The position numbers and the translations under genes are program-made. 32,000 nt of DNA from assembly GCF_000019605.1 (NCBI RefSeq), contig NC_010482.1:240001-272000 (forward strand). The letters are read 5' to 3'. Source of the stretch: Candidatus Korarchaeum cryptofilum OPF8 (GTDB lineage: Archaea; Korarchaeota; Korarchaeia; Korarchaeales; Korarchaeaceae). The notes below the pieces were generated by a model. It had not been told where the DNA came from. It searched no databases and worked only from the letters and a program-made list of their open reading frames with translations. Shown here piece by piece: positions 16,175 to 25,043 of the stretch. Numbering within the stretch: the first letter of the stretch is position 1; each line of letters opens with the position of its first letter.

Positions 16175-18070
16175 ATGCGTAAGATCTTTGCAATGCTCCT
16201 CATATTGATGCTAATTCCCCTAATCCCATCTACAGCTGAGAGGAGCAGGGCGTTCTTGAGGGTACCGGCTGTCTATCAGACGCCCGATGGGCTGCTCTCA
16301 GGGACATTGGGGAACCTGACAGTGGAAGTCGAGAAGGGGGAGGGCATAGTTTACTTCTCAGCGGAGCCCCTCACGCAGATAGATACGCAGGGTGCAGCTA
16401 GGACAGCCGCCTTAGTGGCTAGCTACTTACTGGGGATAGATCCGAAATCCATGAACTTCTACTACAGATTGGAATCTGGGAGCACTGTGGTGGGAGGCCC
16501 CAGCGCAGGGGCCGCTATGACGGTAGCTACGGTAGCAGCTATACTGGGGAAGCAGGTCAGACAGGATATCATAATAACTGGGATGATAAACTTGGATGGG
16601 ATAATAGGCCCCGTGGGAGGGATACCTCAGAAACTGGAGGCGGCAGCGAGAGCTGGGGCTAAGATGTTCTTGGTACCAGCGGGTCAGGAGATAGTTGAGG
16701 AGACAGTACCTAAGCAAGTCAGGATAGGTCCCCTCATATTGACGACTGTCGAGAAGAGGAAGGTCAATATAAGCGAGCTCGGGGCTAAGCTAGGGGTGAA
16801 GGTAGTCGAGGTAAGCACGATAGAGGATGCCCTGAACTACATGCTGGGTCTGAAGATAGAGAGGCCGTCAACGGAGAGGCCTGAGATACCTAAAGAGGTC
16901 AAGGAGCTCCTGAGTAAGTGGGTGAGGAATTACCTGAATCAATCAGAGGCCATAAGGGGGAGCGTCAGATCTGAGGTCGGGAAGCTCGGGGCTTTAAGCA
17001 AGAGAGTTATAAACAGCATTTTATCGGACTCCGAGAACTACTCATCTTCCGCTAGGGACGAGATGGCGAAGGGGAACTTATATACAGCAGCTAGCTACGC
17101 TTTTCAATCCGTAGTTGAGGCTGATTACGCCAGATCCCTCTTGAATTACGCTCTGAGGGGCGAGGATGCTGTGAACGAGCTCATGAGGAGGGCGGACTCG
17201 AAGCTGAAGGAAGTCGGTGAGAGGCTCAATTCGACGAAACCTCAGGACCTGAGTGGGGTTGAGGCGATAATAGCTTCTAAGGCTAGGTATTATGATGCGA
17301 AGAATGCCCTCAAGAGGGCAGCAGATCTAGCCTCCAAGGGAAGCTATCTCGATTCAATGGACTGGGGAGCTATACATTATTTGACTTACGCTTACTGGAG
17401 GGCTGATTCAGCCTCTAATTGGATGGATATGATGGGGCTGAGCCAGAGGATGCAAGTGGATGAGATCAGGGTGAAGGAAGTGGCTTCTGCGATCTTATAT
17501 GAAGCCGAGAGCGTCATCTCATATTCAGAGAGCTTGATAGAGGAGACAGGAGCTAGCTCAAGCTATTTAAAAGAAGCTTACTCGAACTTGAATGATGCTA
17601 ACACAGCTTTCTCCTCAGGGGATTACTATGGGAGCATAGGCCTCTCTACTACAGCTCTAGCATATGGAATAATCTCGATACATGAGTGGTTCACTAGCGA
17701 TCCTAATGCTGTTGAGGAAGCCGTTAAGAGCTCATGCTACTCATCGATAAACGCACTAATGTCCAAGGGGATAATCCCAGTCTTAGCCCTAAGCTATTCG
17801 GAGATGGCATCCTCCATGGAGGGGAGCATCCTGGAATCGATAGCTTATTACGAGCTGGCCTCCGCTCACGCTCACGTAATTTCCCTCCTCTCTCAAGTAT
17901 CTGGGGAGCAGATAGAGACTAAGAGCTCCCTGGAGACCACTTCAACGGTGGAGAGGGTGACTGTAACGCAGACAGTGAAGGAGGAGAGCGGAATTCAGGA
18001 GACCTACCTAATTGCAGCCCTAATACTCGGTGTATTCCTGGGATTCGTAGTGGGGAGGAAATCGCATTAA
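16175..18070 (+). CDS. Secreted, membrane-anchored ATP-independent Lon-like (S16) serine protease with a long helical domain
   Basis: Signal peptide MRKIFAMLLILMLIPLIPSTA. The Lon proteolytic core reads VVGGPSAGAAMTVA (Ser) ... GPVGGIPQKLEAAARAGAKMFLVP (Lys). A helical region of about 330 aa follows, then a Thr/Ser-rich stalk and a C-terminal TM helix LIAALILGVFLGFVVGRK. Confidence 0.75.
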   Translation: MRKIFAMLLILMLIPLIPSTAERSRAFLRVPAVYQTPDGLLSGTLGNLTVEVEKGEGIVYFSAEPLTQIDTQGAARTAALVASYLLGIDPKSMNFYYRLESGSTVVGGPSAGAAMTVATVAAILGKQVRQDIIITGMINLDGIIGPVGGIPQKLEAAARAGAKMFLVPAGQEIVEETVPKQVRIGPLILTTVEKRKVNISELGAKLGVKVVEVSTIEDALNYMLGLKIERPSTERPEIPKEVKELLSKWVRNYLNQSEAIRGSVRSEVGKLGALSKRVINSILSDSENYSSSARDEMAKGNLYTAASYAFQSVVEADYARSLLNYALRGEDAVNELMRRADSKLKEVGERLNSTKPQDLSGVEAIIASKARYYDAKNALKRAADLASKGSYLDSMDWGAIHYLTYAYWRADSASNWMDMMGLSQRMQVDEIRVKEVASAILYEAESVISYSESLIEETGASSSYLKEAYSNLNDANTAFSSGDYYGSIGLSTTALAYGIISIHEWFTSDPNAVEEAVKSSCYSSINALMSKGIIPVLALSYSEMASSMEGSILESIAYYELASAHAHVISLLSQVSGEQIETKSSLETTSTVERVTVTQTVKEESGIQETYLIAALILGVFLGFVVGRKSH

Positions 18071-18094
18071 TACTGCTCCGGGTCATGGGAACTT

Positions 18095-18111
18095 AAAAAT
18101 AACCTATTTTT
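18095..18111 (+). terminator. A/T hairpin plus oligo-T downstream of the protease gene
   Basis: AAAAATA-ACC-TATTTTT forms a 7-bp stem and ends in a T5 run, 25 nt after the stop codon. Confidence 0.35.
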
Positions 18112-18238
18112 CTGAAAATATCTGTAGGAGTGATCGCGTCATTTCAGCATAGCCTCACTAGGGGCTAGCAGTTCCGTAATAATCGGGTAATACATCTCAT
18201 CCTTCATCCTTATCTTAACTCCTCGAGTCTAAGGATCG

Positions 18239-18451
18239 ATGAGCGCTGTGAGGGATCTGCTGGAGTATAGGAGGGCCAGATTGTGGTTCATCAATAATAA
18301 GGAGAGGATAAGGGGCTCATTCAGTGGAAAGTACGTCGCGATACTCGGTGAGAGGGTGATAGATAACGACTCAGATAAGTTCCTCCTCATCCAGAGGCTC
18401 TGGTCCAGGGGGATCTTCCCGGGGCCGGTCCTCATAGAGCGTGTAGATTAG
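18239..18451 (+). CDS. Small DUF5678-like protein
   Basis: In this 70-aa ORF, the pattern W-F-x-N-x(4)-I-x(6)-GKYVAI-x-G-x-V-x-D resembles the archaeal DUF5678 family as I remember it. It stands alone between two intergenic spacers. Confidence 0.55.
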   Translation: MSAVRDLLEYRRARLWFINNKERIRGSFSGKYVAILGERVIDNDSDKFLLIQRLWSRGIFPGPVLIERVD

Positions 18452-18506
18452 CTCTTTGAATCGACATCAACTTTTTAAGCTAAATCTTCCATAAATAAGG
18501 GTTAAT

Positions 18507-19319
18507 ATGATCCATGAATCTTTGGAGGGTCGGTACTTTTGCATAAAGCCCCCTCTCCTCGCTGTATCTCCGGGGAAGAATCTCCTCATATTCTATTTAG
18601 AGATATCAAGAGATAGACCTGGGATACTTGCTGAAGTTACGAGAGAGCTCTCATCCAGGGGGGTGAATATCATCCGTAACTCAACGCAGGTCGAAGGGGG
18701 AAAGGGCCTCATAATGATAATCGTCGAGAGGCCTGATGATGTGAATATAGAGGAACTGAAGAAGCATTTGGAATCGATAGAGGGGATAGAGTCAGTCGAA
18801 TATGAGGAATCCCGTATAAAGGGACTTCTTATACCATATCACCTCTTCCCCCTGATGAGGGAAGATGTGAGAATCATAGCCTTCAATGTTAGGGCCATAA
18901 AGCACCTTTCCGAGGAATTATCTAGGATCTTAGGGAGCTCAGCCTCGGGGGCGATACTCTTCAGGATAGGATATGAGATGGGGAAGGGATTCGCGGAGGA
19001 TCGTCTCAAAATAGCTGAGAGAGTGGGCATTAAGGATCCCTTCGAGATACTTCGGCATATCTCAGTCCCCCTCTATGCATCCTCGGGTTACGGCATAGCT
19101 TCACTAGAGGAAGCCGGAGGGGTTTTCTCACTCAGGATAAGGGAGAACTTCGAGGCGGTCGATAGGAAATCGAAGGAACCATCATGCTATATGACGAAGG
19201 GTATGTGGAAAGGGAGTCTAGAGAGAATCTTCAATAGGTCTATTTCGATAGAGGAAGTCAAATGCAAGGCTAAGGGGGATGAGTACTGCGAGTTTAAGAT
19301 AGAGATCCCCCGAGGATGA
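18507..19319 (+). CDS. ACT domain + V4R domain protein (small-molecule sensor), paralog 1
   Basis: An ACT-like N-terminus (LEISRDRPGILAEVTRELSSRGVNI) is joined to a V4R C-terminus (GYEMGKGFAE...EPSCYMTKG...CKAKGDEYCEF). Confidence 0.75.
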   Translation: MIHESLEGRYFCIKPPLLAVSPGKNLLIFYLEISRDRPGILAEVTRELSSRGVNIIRNSTQVEGGKGLIMIIVERPDDVNIEELKKHLESIEGIESVEYEESRIKGLLIPYHLFPLMREDVRIIAFNVRAIKHLSEELSRILGSSASGAILFRIGYEMGKGFAEDRLKIAERVGIKDPFEILRHISVPLYASSGYGIASLEEAGGVFSLRIRENFEAVDRKSKEPSCYMTKGMWKGSLERIFNRSISIEEVKCKAKGDEYCEFKIEIPRG

Positions 19320-19357
19320 AGTTTAAAATATTCAGGTAGCGGAAGTAGAGGATATTC

Positions 19358-20161
19358 ATGAGGGAAGGATCAGCGGGCTTCAGAGTTCCTCTCACTAGAG
19401 TGACTATATCGCCGGGAGATAGGCTCGCAGCTTTTTTGATAGAAGTGACTAGAGATAGGATGGGGATTATCAGGGATATAACAGATGTCTTGAGGGATCT
19501 GGGGTTGAATCTACATAACATATCTGCCTACGTTGAGGGGGGGAGGGGAGCGATCTACTTAGTCGTTAATGTATCCGGGAAACCTGAATCCATAGTAAGC
19601 GATATTAGAAATAAATTTTCATCTATAGATGGAATTGGAAGAATATTATACCAGGTATCTGAGAGGGATGGCCTCCTCATAGATACGCTGAACTTCCCGC
19701 TGATGCGTTACGATGACAGGATCTTCACCCTGACTGAGGAGGCCTGGAAGACGCTCACATCGGATCTAACAGCTATACTGGGCTCCGAAGCTTATCACGC
19801 GATAATATACAGGATAGGGTATGAGATGGGGAAGGGATTCGCGGAAAATTACGTAGATATAGCGAGGAGAGCTGGAATTGAGGAACCGATGGATGTGATA
19901 CGTTATGTCATGTCCGGTATGCTAGCCGCCTCGGGATGGGGTAGATCGAGCCTAGAGATAGGTGAGAACTCCTTGAGGATCAAGATCGAGGAGAATTTAG
20001 AGGCGGAAGCAAGTCCGAAGTCGAACGAGCCATCATGCTACTTCACGAAGGGGGTTATCACTGGAGCCCTGACCAGGATACTCAGATCTCCTGTGGAGGT
20101 TAGAGAGACGAGATGTAAAGCGGCTGGGGATGAGTACTGCGAGTTCATCGCGAGATATTGA
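19358..20161 (+). CDS. ACT domain + V4R domain protein, paralog 2
   Basis: Same architecture as paralog 1 (IEVTRDRMGIIRDITDVLRDLGLNL; GYEMGKGFAE...EPSCYFTKG...CKAAGDEYCEF). It lies 38 nt downstream of paralog 1. Confidence 0.75.
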   Translation: MREGSAGFRVPLTRVTISPGDRLAAFLIEVTRDRMGIIRDITDVLRDLGLNLHNISAYVEGGRGAIYLVVNVSGKPESIVSDIRNKFSSIDGIGRILYQVSERDGLLIDTLNFPLMRYDDRIFTLTEEAWKTLTSDLTAILGSEAYHAIIYRIGYEMGKGFAENYVDIARRAGIEEPMDVIRYVMSGMLAASGWGRSSLEIGENSLRIKIEENLEAEASPKSNEPSCYFTKGVITGALTRILRSPVEVRETRCKAAGDEYCEFIARY

Positions 20162-20181
20162 TTTTTTACTAAAAATTAAAA
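20162..20181. terminator. Bidirectional oligo-T spacer between convergent genes
   Basis: This 20-nt spacer TTTTTTACTAAAAATTAAAA gives T6 on the plus strand immediately after the V4R stop. On the minus strand it gives T4/T5 runs after the dehydrogenase stop. Confidence 0.45.
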
Positions 20182-21396
20182 TTAGATTAGGAATTCCCTC
20201 TGCACATGTATCCTTATCCCTCTCTTCTTCAGCTCCTCGAAGAAGGGCACAGGATCTATCACTTCCTCAGGGTTCTTCACACCTCTCTCCTTTATCAATC
20301 CCTTAGCCATCCATTGAGCGGTGATCGATGTGGGAGTCCCTACAGTCACTGCTTGTGCTGTCAAGCCCCACTTCCTATTCCACTCGGTGTGTAAGTCTAT
20401 AGTAATTCTCTCCCTCCTCCCGTCCTTCTTCCCCTCGACTATAACTCTCATTATATCGTAATCGTTAGGCGGTATCTCCTTCCCCTTGAAGGTCTCGTTG
20501 ACCAGCATCTTGAGCAGGTCCCTCGGTACTATCTCGACGTTCCCCACTCTTACCGGCTTATCGTTCGTGAGCCCCAGATCCGTCAATAACTTATACTTCA
20601 TGTAGAGCTCCCTGGGGTATGAGAGTTTGTAGTCAACGTATCTGAGGCCCTTATGCTTGAAAGTCTCCCCTATCGTCCAGACCTCGGGGTGCTCTATGTA
20701 GTAGAGCTCCTGAGTGCCTACGGGGGGAGGGAAGTGGATTACTTCCCTATCCTCGGGCCTGACGGGGTCCACAAGCTTTATCCTGCCGTCCTCCCAGACC
20801 TCAACTGGGTGCATGTACTCATCCAATATGCAATCTAGCGAGTAGGGGACGGGGAGGGGTATACCGAGGGAGTCGTAATCATTGAAATCCACCCATCCCT
20901 CCCTCAGAAGCACTCTCTCAACTTCATCCAGTTGCTCTACCCCGTACCTAGCGGCTACATTTATCATCCCCGGGCATCCCCCCATCCCGGGTATCGCTAG
21001 CAAACCGGCCCTCCTATAAGCTTCATCGAACTCGAACTGCTTCTTCAGGATAGGTACCTCAGAGCCCAGGTCTGTGTAGTGGACTCCTGCTTTGAGTGCT
21101 GCCTCCATCACCTGAGGTATGTAATAGTATATTATCCCGTTGACAACTACATCAGCTCCTCTCAGCAACTCGGCTGTCTCATTCACATTCCTAACATCAA
21201 CCCTCGCGTAATCTAGTTTCTTCCTCTTAGTGAATCTCTTAGCTCCCTCCACAGCTAGCCTAGCTTTCTCCTCACTTATGTCAGCGACGACTATCTCATC
21301 GACATGAGGACTCACTTCATCATCCGCTAGATCGTATACGATAGCTGGGGCGACTACTCCGGCGCCCAGCACGACTATCTTGACCAAAGGGACCAC
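20182..21396 (-). CDS. Saccharopine dehydrogenase-like NAD(P) oxidoreductase
   Basis: N-terminal Rossmann motif KIVVLGAGVVAPAIVYDL. The 404-aa two-domain layout matches the saccharopine / carboxynorspermidine dehydrogenase family. GTG start, with a TATA-like TTTTTATATTT about 25-30 nt upstream. Confidence 0.7.
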   Translation of the reverse strand: MVPLVKIVVLGAGVVAPAIVYDLADDEVSPHVDEIVVADISEEKARLAVEGAKRFTKRKKLDYARVDVRNVNETAELLRGADVVVNGIIYYYIPQVMEAALKAGVHYTDLGSEVPILKKQFEFDEAYRRAGLLAIPGMGGCPGMINVAARYGVEQLDEVERVLLREGWVDFNDYDSLGIPLPVPYSLDCILDEYMHPVEVWEDGRIKLVDPVRPEDREVIHFPPPVGTQELYYIEHPEVWTIGETFKHKGLRYVDYKLSYPRELYMKYKLLTDLGLTNDKPVRVGNVEIVPRDLLKMLVNETFKGKEIPPNDYDIMRVIVEGKKDGRRERITIDLHTEWNRKWGLTAQAVTVGTPTSITAQWMAKGLIKERGVKNPEEVIDPVPFFEELKKRGIRIHVQREFLI

Positions 21397-21792
21397 CTAG
21401 CCCCTGAATAGGTACTCAAATATAAAAATTACATCTATATCCGGATTTATTATTTTTATTTTATTTCATATCCGAAGATATCATATTCACATTGGTATAT
21501 AATGATCGGTAATATTATAATGATTTTTATTCGATAAATGATAATATTATGCTTTTCCTGGATCCTATACTTATAATCGATTCTTCGATCTGTATAAATG
21601 AGATCTCACTTTACCTTTCCGAGAAGTTTAATAAAGATTTGAATGTATGGAGATTCCCTAATGCCTCTCCTCACGAATTTAAGCAATGTACAACATAGAA
21701 ACTCAAAAATTGGAAGGGAATGTGGAGATCTCCCTAGCTAGAAATCCCCAAAGCATGAACTTTCATGGCATAATAACTTCTAAAAAAAGAGT
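21397..21792. other. Unusually long AT-rich non-coding region
   Basis: I counted 61 G+C in the 240 nt from 21421 to 21660 (about 25%), against about 50% in flanking coding lines. It contains imperfect direct repeats GAATGTATGGAGATTCCCTA (21641-21660) and GAATGTGGAGATCTCCCTA (21718-21736), plus an ATCCGGAT palindrome (21439-21446). Confidence 0.6.
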
Positions 21793-23595
21793 TCAGATTT
21801 TGAGATCTTTGGAGAGGCCTAGTCTCTCCAGAGTCTCTCTCTTCGGCCTTCCCTCTCTGTCCCATCCCCTGAGCTCGTAATATTCATCTAGGGCCTTCTC
21901 ATAACCCTCCCTATCGAGCTTGATGCCTGCAGTTGGCCCTTTCGTGTGGGGCTCATCGAAGAACCTATCCGGGGGATAGTCGTGCTTCCTAGTGAAGCCC
22001 TCCCTCAAGTTGAACATCTTTGCGAGGTTCCATATCCTCTCGCCTATCTCCTGGACCTGAGGTACTGTGAATTCCTTATCCATAGCTGCTGATAAGAGAT
22101 CAGCTATCTCCTGGAAGCCAAGAGCCCAGAAATCACATATTATGAGGCTCCATTTCACGCTGTTGAGGTCTTGCAAGTCCTTCGTGAGTTTCGCTTTCCC
22201 CTCGTAAGTGTGCGGGGGCATGTTACCGAAGGCCTCGCTCGCTATAGTCCAGGCCCTGAGGTGGCAGGCCCCCCTATCTGAAGTAGCGTAAGCTAATGCC
22301 ATGCCCCAGCTCCCCCTCGGATCGTATGCTGGTATCTCTGACCCCTTTATGTGCATCGCATATCTCTCGCTGCCCCTGCCTATCCTCTCAGCAGCTCTCA
22401 TCACTCCATCAGCTACTAGGTCCCCGAATCCCCTCCTGTATCCTATCATCTCGATCAGCTTCACTATGCCGTCCGCATCCCCCCAATCGACATCAAATCC
22501 TATCTCCTCCTTCGATATTATCCCCCTCTCCTTGAGCTCCAGGATGAAGGCGAGCAGGTTCCCCAGGCTTATGGTATCTAAGCCCAGATTGTCAGCGACT
22601 TCAGCAGCGTAAGCTAAGTCATCCATGTCCTTAAGGGCTAAATTGGATCCCATCATCCCTATTGTCTCATACTCAGGGGCCTTTATGACGCCTCTCCTCG
22701 TGTTTATCTTCCTCTTGCAAGCCAATGGGCAGGAGTGACATGCGAACCTGCTGTGGAACTTCTGCTTGACCACATCAGTGTTTATGAACTTCGCGTACTC
22801 ATAATATCCCTCTCTAAAGTTCAGGTGCGGGAGGGCCCCTACATTATTGCTCAGATCAACTATTATAGGGGTGCCATCTGTTTTAGCCCAGATATTGGCT
22901 TCTGTGAGCACGCTCTCCTTCATCAACCTCGATATAGTCTCCCTGAACCTTCCTGGGTTCGGAAGCTCGATCTTCCTCTCCTCCGCCCTTACAACTATGC
23001 CCTTCAACTTCTTGGACCCGAAGACAGCTCCTATTCCTCCTCTAGCAGCTACGAAGTATTCATCAACATGGACTGAGGAGATCAAGCTCAGCTTCTCCCC
23101 AGCTGGCCCTATTACCATTGTCTTCACGTTACCATTCTCCTTCCTGAGCTCCTCCATAGCTTCCCTTACCTTCATCCCCCAGAGGTGGCTGGCATCCCTT
23201 ATCTCGACATTCCCATCGCTTATGTATATGTACACGGGCTTCTCAGCCACATCCTCTATTATCACAGCATCGTAACCGGCATACTTGAGCTCGGGGCCGA
23301 AGGAGCCCCCCACATAGTTGTCGTTTATCGTCCCGGTTTTCGGGGACTTGGAAACGACGGCGAACCTCCCGCTGAGAGGGGCTATAGTGCCTGTCAGTGG
23401 GCCAGTCGCTATGACTACTTTATTCTCAGGGCCCAGGGCATTAGCTCCAGGAGGGACCTCCTCGTAAACGTACCTTATCCCCAGCCCCCTGCCTCCGAGG
23501 TATAGGGCTAACCAGTCCCTCCTCGGGGCCTCAGTCTTGATGCTCTTCTCCCTCAAGTTTATCCGTAAAATCTTTTCAGCATATACTGAGGCCAT
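21793..23595 (-). CDS. aor: Tungsten-type aldehyde:ferredoxin oxidoreductase family protein
   Basis: The N-terminus ILRINL...LGGRGL, the 4Fe-4S ligand cluster CHSCPLAC and the pterin-binding type motif DNLGLDTIS all fit AOR. I prefer the ATG at 23595 (MASVYAEKIL), which is preceded by AGGTG. The track start at 23649 adds 18 aa not expected for AORs. Confidence 0.85.
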   Translation of the reverse strand: MASVYAEKILRINLREKSIKTEAPRRDWLALYLGGRGLGIRYVYEEVPPGANALGPENKVVIATGPLTGTIAPLSGRFAVVSKSPKTGTINDNYVGGSFGPELKYAGYDAVIIEDVAEKPVYIYISDGNVEIRDASHLWGMKVREAMEELRKENGNVKTMVIGPAGEKLSLISSVHVDEYFVAARGGIGAVFGSKKLKGIVVRAEERKIELPNPGRFRETISRLMKESVLTEANIWAKTDGTPIIVDLSNNVGALPHLNFREGYYEYAKFINTDVVKQKFHSRFACHSCPLACKRKINTRRGVIKAPEYETIGMMGSNLALKDMDDLAYAAEVADNLGLDTISLGNLLAFILELKERGIISKEEIGFDVDWGDADGIVKLIEMIGYRRGFGDLVADGVMRAAERIGRGSERYAMHIKGSEIPAYDPRGSWGMALAYATSDRGACHLRAWTIASEAFGNMPPHTYEGKAKLTKDLQDLNSVKWSLIICDFWALGFQEIADLLSAAMDKEFTVPQVQEIGERIWNLAKMFNLREGFTRKHDYPPDRFFDEPHTKGPTAGIKLDREGYEKALDEYYELRGWDREGRPKRETLERLGLSKDLKI

Positions 23596-23681
23596 GCTAC
23601 CACCTGGTGCGGTTCTTAGTTGGGAGAAATTGATAAATGTTTCGTTCATGCTGGAAGCCCTTCAAAAAGACGATAGCTGAC

Positions 23682-23695
23682 TGGAAAATTTTCCA
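23682..23695. promoter_or_regulatory. Perfect 14-bp palindrome in the divergent aor / glycosyltransferase promoter region
   Basis: TGGAAAATTTTCCA is its own reverse complement. It is flanked on both sides by the direct repeat ATAGCTG (23673-23679 and 23697-23703). Confidence 0.5.
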
Positions 23696-23736
23696 TATAG
23701 CTGTCATCGGGAGAGTTACGTGGAGCTAGCTAAGCT

Positions 23737-25041
23737 ATGATTTGGAGGGCGGAGCATTTTATATTCACTAATATGAATCGGGGTGGAATGAGCTACGCCG
23801 TGTACTCAATGATGGGCTACGGTCACTTCAGGGCAGCTTACCCTCTCAGGGATTTCTCGGAGCTGATAAGGGCCGATAGTTATGAGGGGATCCCGAAGAA
23901 GGATAAGATCATCTGGAGCTTACTCTCATCCGGTTATTCCGGGATCACGAGATCCATTGAGCTTCCCATTATAGGGAAGCTCTCCTTCCTCACCTTCGAT
24001 TACTTCCAGAGGGTACCGAGCTTTTACCCGAGGAGGGATCTATCGAGGCCCAATTTAGCCCTCCTAATAATATACGGGTTGCTTAAAGTCGGATTCGGGA
24101 GGGATCTCATAAAGAGGCTTTCAAGAGAGCCCCTGCCGCTTATATCCACTTACTTCATCCCCGCCTTCATGGCTGAGCACTACAATTATCCTGGCGACAT
24201 TTACTGTCTCGTCTGCGATGCCGATATAGCTAGGACGTGGGCGCCCCTGAGGCCGAAGGCATCGAGGATCAAGTACTTAGCTCCGACATCCAGGGTAGCT
24301 GAGAGGCTTAGAGACTACGGGGTGAGGAGCGAGATACACGTGACGGGCTTCCCCCTCCCCCTAGAGCTCATAGGGGAGGATATGATCATCTTGAAGGGGG
24401 ATTTCTCGAAGAGGCTAGTAAATCTCGATCCCAACGGTATATTCATCGATAAATATTCCTCATTGTTGAAGGAGAAGCTCGGAGGGATGCCCAGTAGCTC
24501 TGATCATCCCCTAACGATAATGTTCTCAGTGGGAGGAGCTGGAGTCCAAGCTAGGCTGGGAGTGGCTCTGATGAGGAAGCTGAGGGATATTTTAGCTAAG
24601 GGGGAGCTCAAGCTCCTGATATCAGTCGGTGTGAGGAGGAAGCTCAGGGATTACTACCTATACTGGATGGATAGGCTCGGGCTGAGGGATAGAGTGGGCT
24701 TGATATTCAGCGAGGACCCCGAGAGCTATATAAGGGAATTTAACTCAGCCCTCAGGAAGAGCGATATCCTATGGACGAAACCATCCGAGCTATCGTTCTA
24801 TGCAGCTCTGGGTATACCGATAATAGCCTCGGAGCCCGTAGGCTCTCATGAAGTCTCGAACCTGAGGTTCTTAATCAAGGGAGGATATGGGATGGAGCAG
24901 GGGGATGTGAGGTACTTAGAGCAGTGGTTCTTCGACTGGCTCAGAAGCGGTTACTTCGCTGAGAAGGCGATAAGGGGCTTCCTGGAGCTCGAGAAACTCG
25001 GGACTTTGAACGTGAGGAGAGTAGTACTTCAGCCTTTTTAA
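23737..25041 (+). CDS. GT-B fold glycosyltransferase (MGDG-synthase/MurG-like, GT28-type)
   Basis: The N-terminal SMMGYGHFRAAYPL resembles the G-G-H loop of GT28 enzymes. The C-terminal SDILWTKPSELSFYAALGIPIIASEPVGSHEVSNLRFL resembles the nucleotide-sugar binding helix/E-x-x-N region. The start may instead be ATG 23773 or 23788. Confidence 0.55.
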   Translation: MIWRAEHFIFTNMNRGGMSYAVYSMMGYGHFRAAYPLRDFSELIRADSYEGIPKKDKIIWSLLSSGYSGITRSIELPIIGKLSFLTFDYFQRVPSFYPRRDLSRPNLALLIIYGLLKVGFGRDLIKRLSREPLPLISTYFIPAFMAEHYNYPGDIYCLVCDADIARTWAPLRPKASRIKYLAPTSRVAERLRDYGVRSEIHVTGFPLPLELIGEDMIILKGDFSKRLVNLDPNGIFIDKYSSLLKEKLGGMPSSSDHPLTIMFSVGGAGVQARLGVALMRKLRDILAKGELKLLISVGVRRKLRDYYLYWMDRLGLRDRVGLIFSEDPESYIREFNSALRKSDILWTKPSELSFYAALGIPIIASEPVGSHEVSNLRFLIKGGYGMEQGDVRYLEQWFFDWLRSGYFAEKAIRGFLELEKLGTLNVRRVVLQPF

Positions 25042-25043
25042 AT

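Noticed and set aside
21686-21880. 64-aa ORF in the AT-rich spacer overlapping the 3' end of aor
   Set aside because: It runs antisense into aor and has no RBS or promoter context. The ORF is most likely chance.
23596-23649. 18-codon N-terminal extension of aor (track start MNETFINF...)
   Set aside because: AOR family proteins begin a few residues before the ILRINL-type strand, and AGGTG precedes the internal ATG at 23595. The extension remains possible because the AAAATTTT element at 23685-23692 is about 40 nt upstream of 23649.
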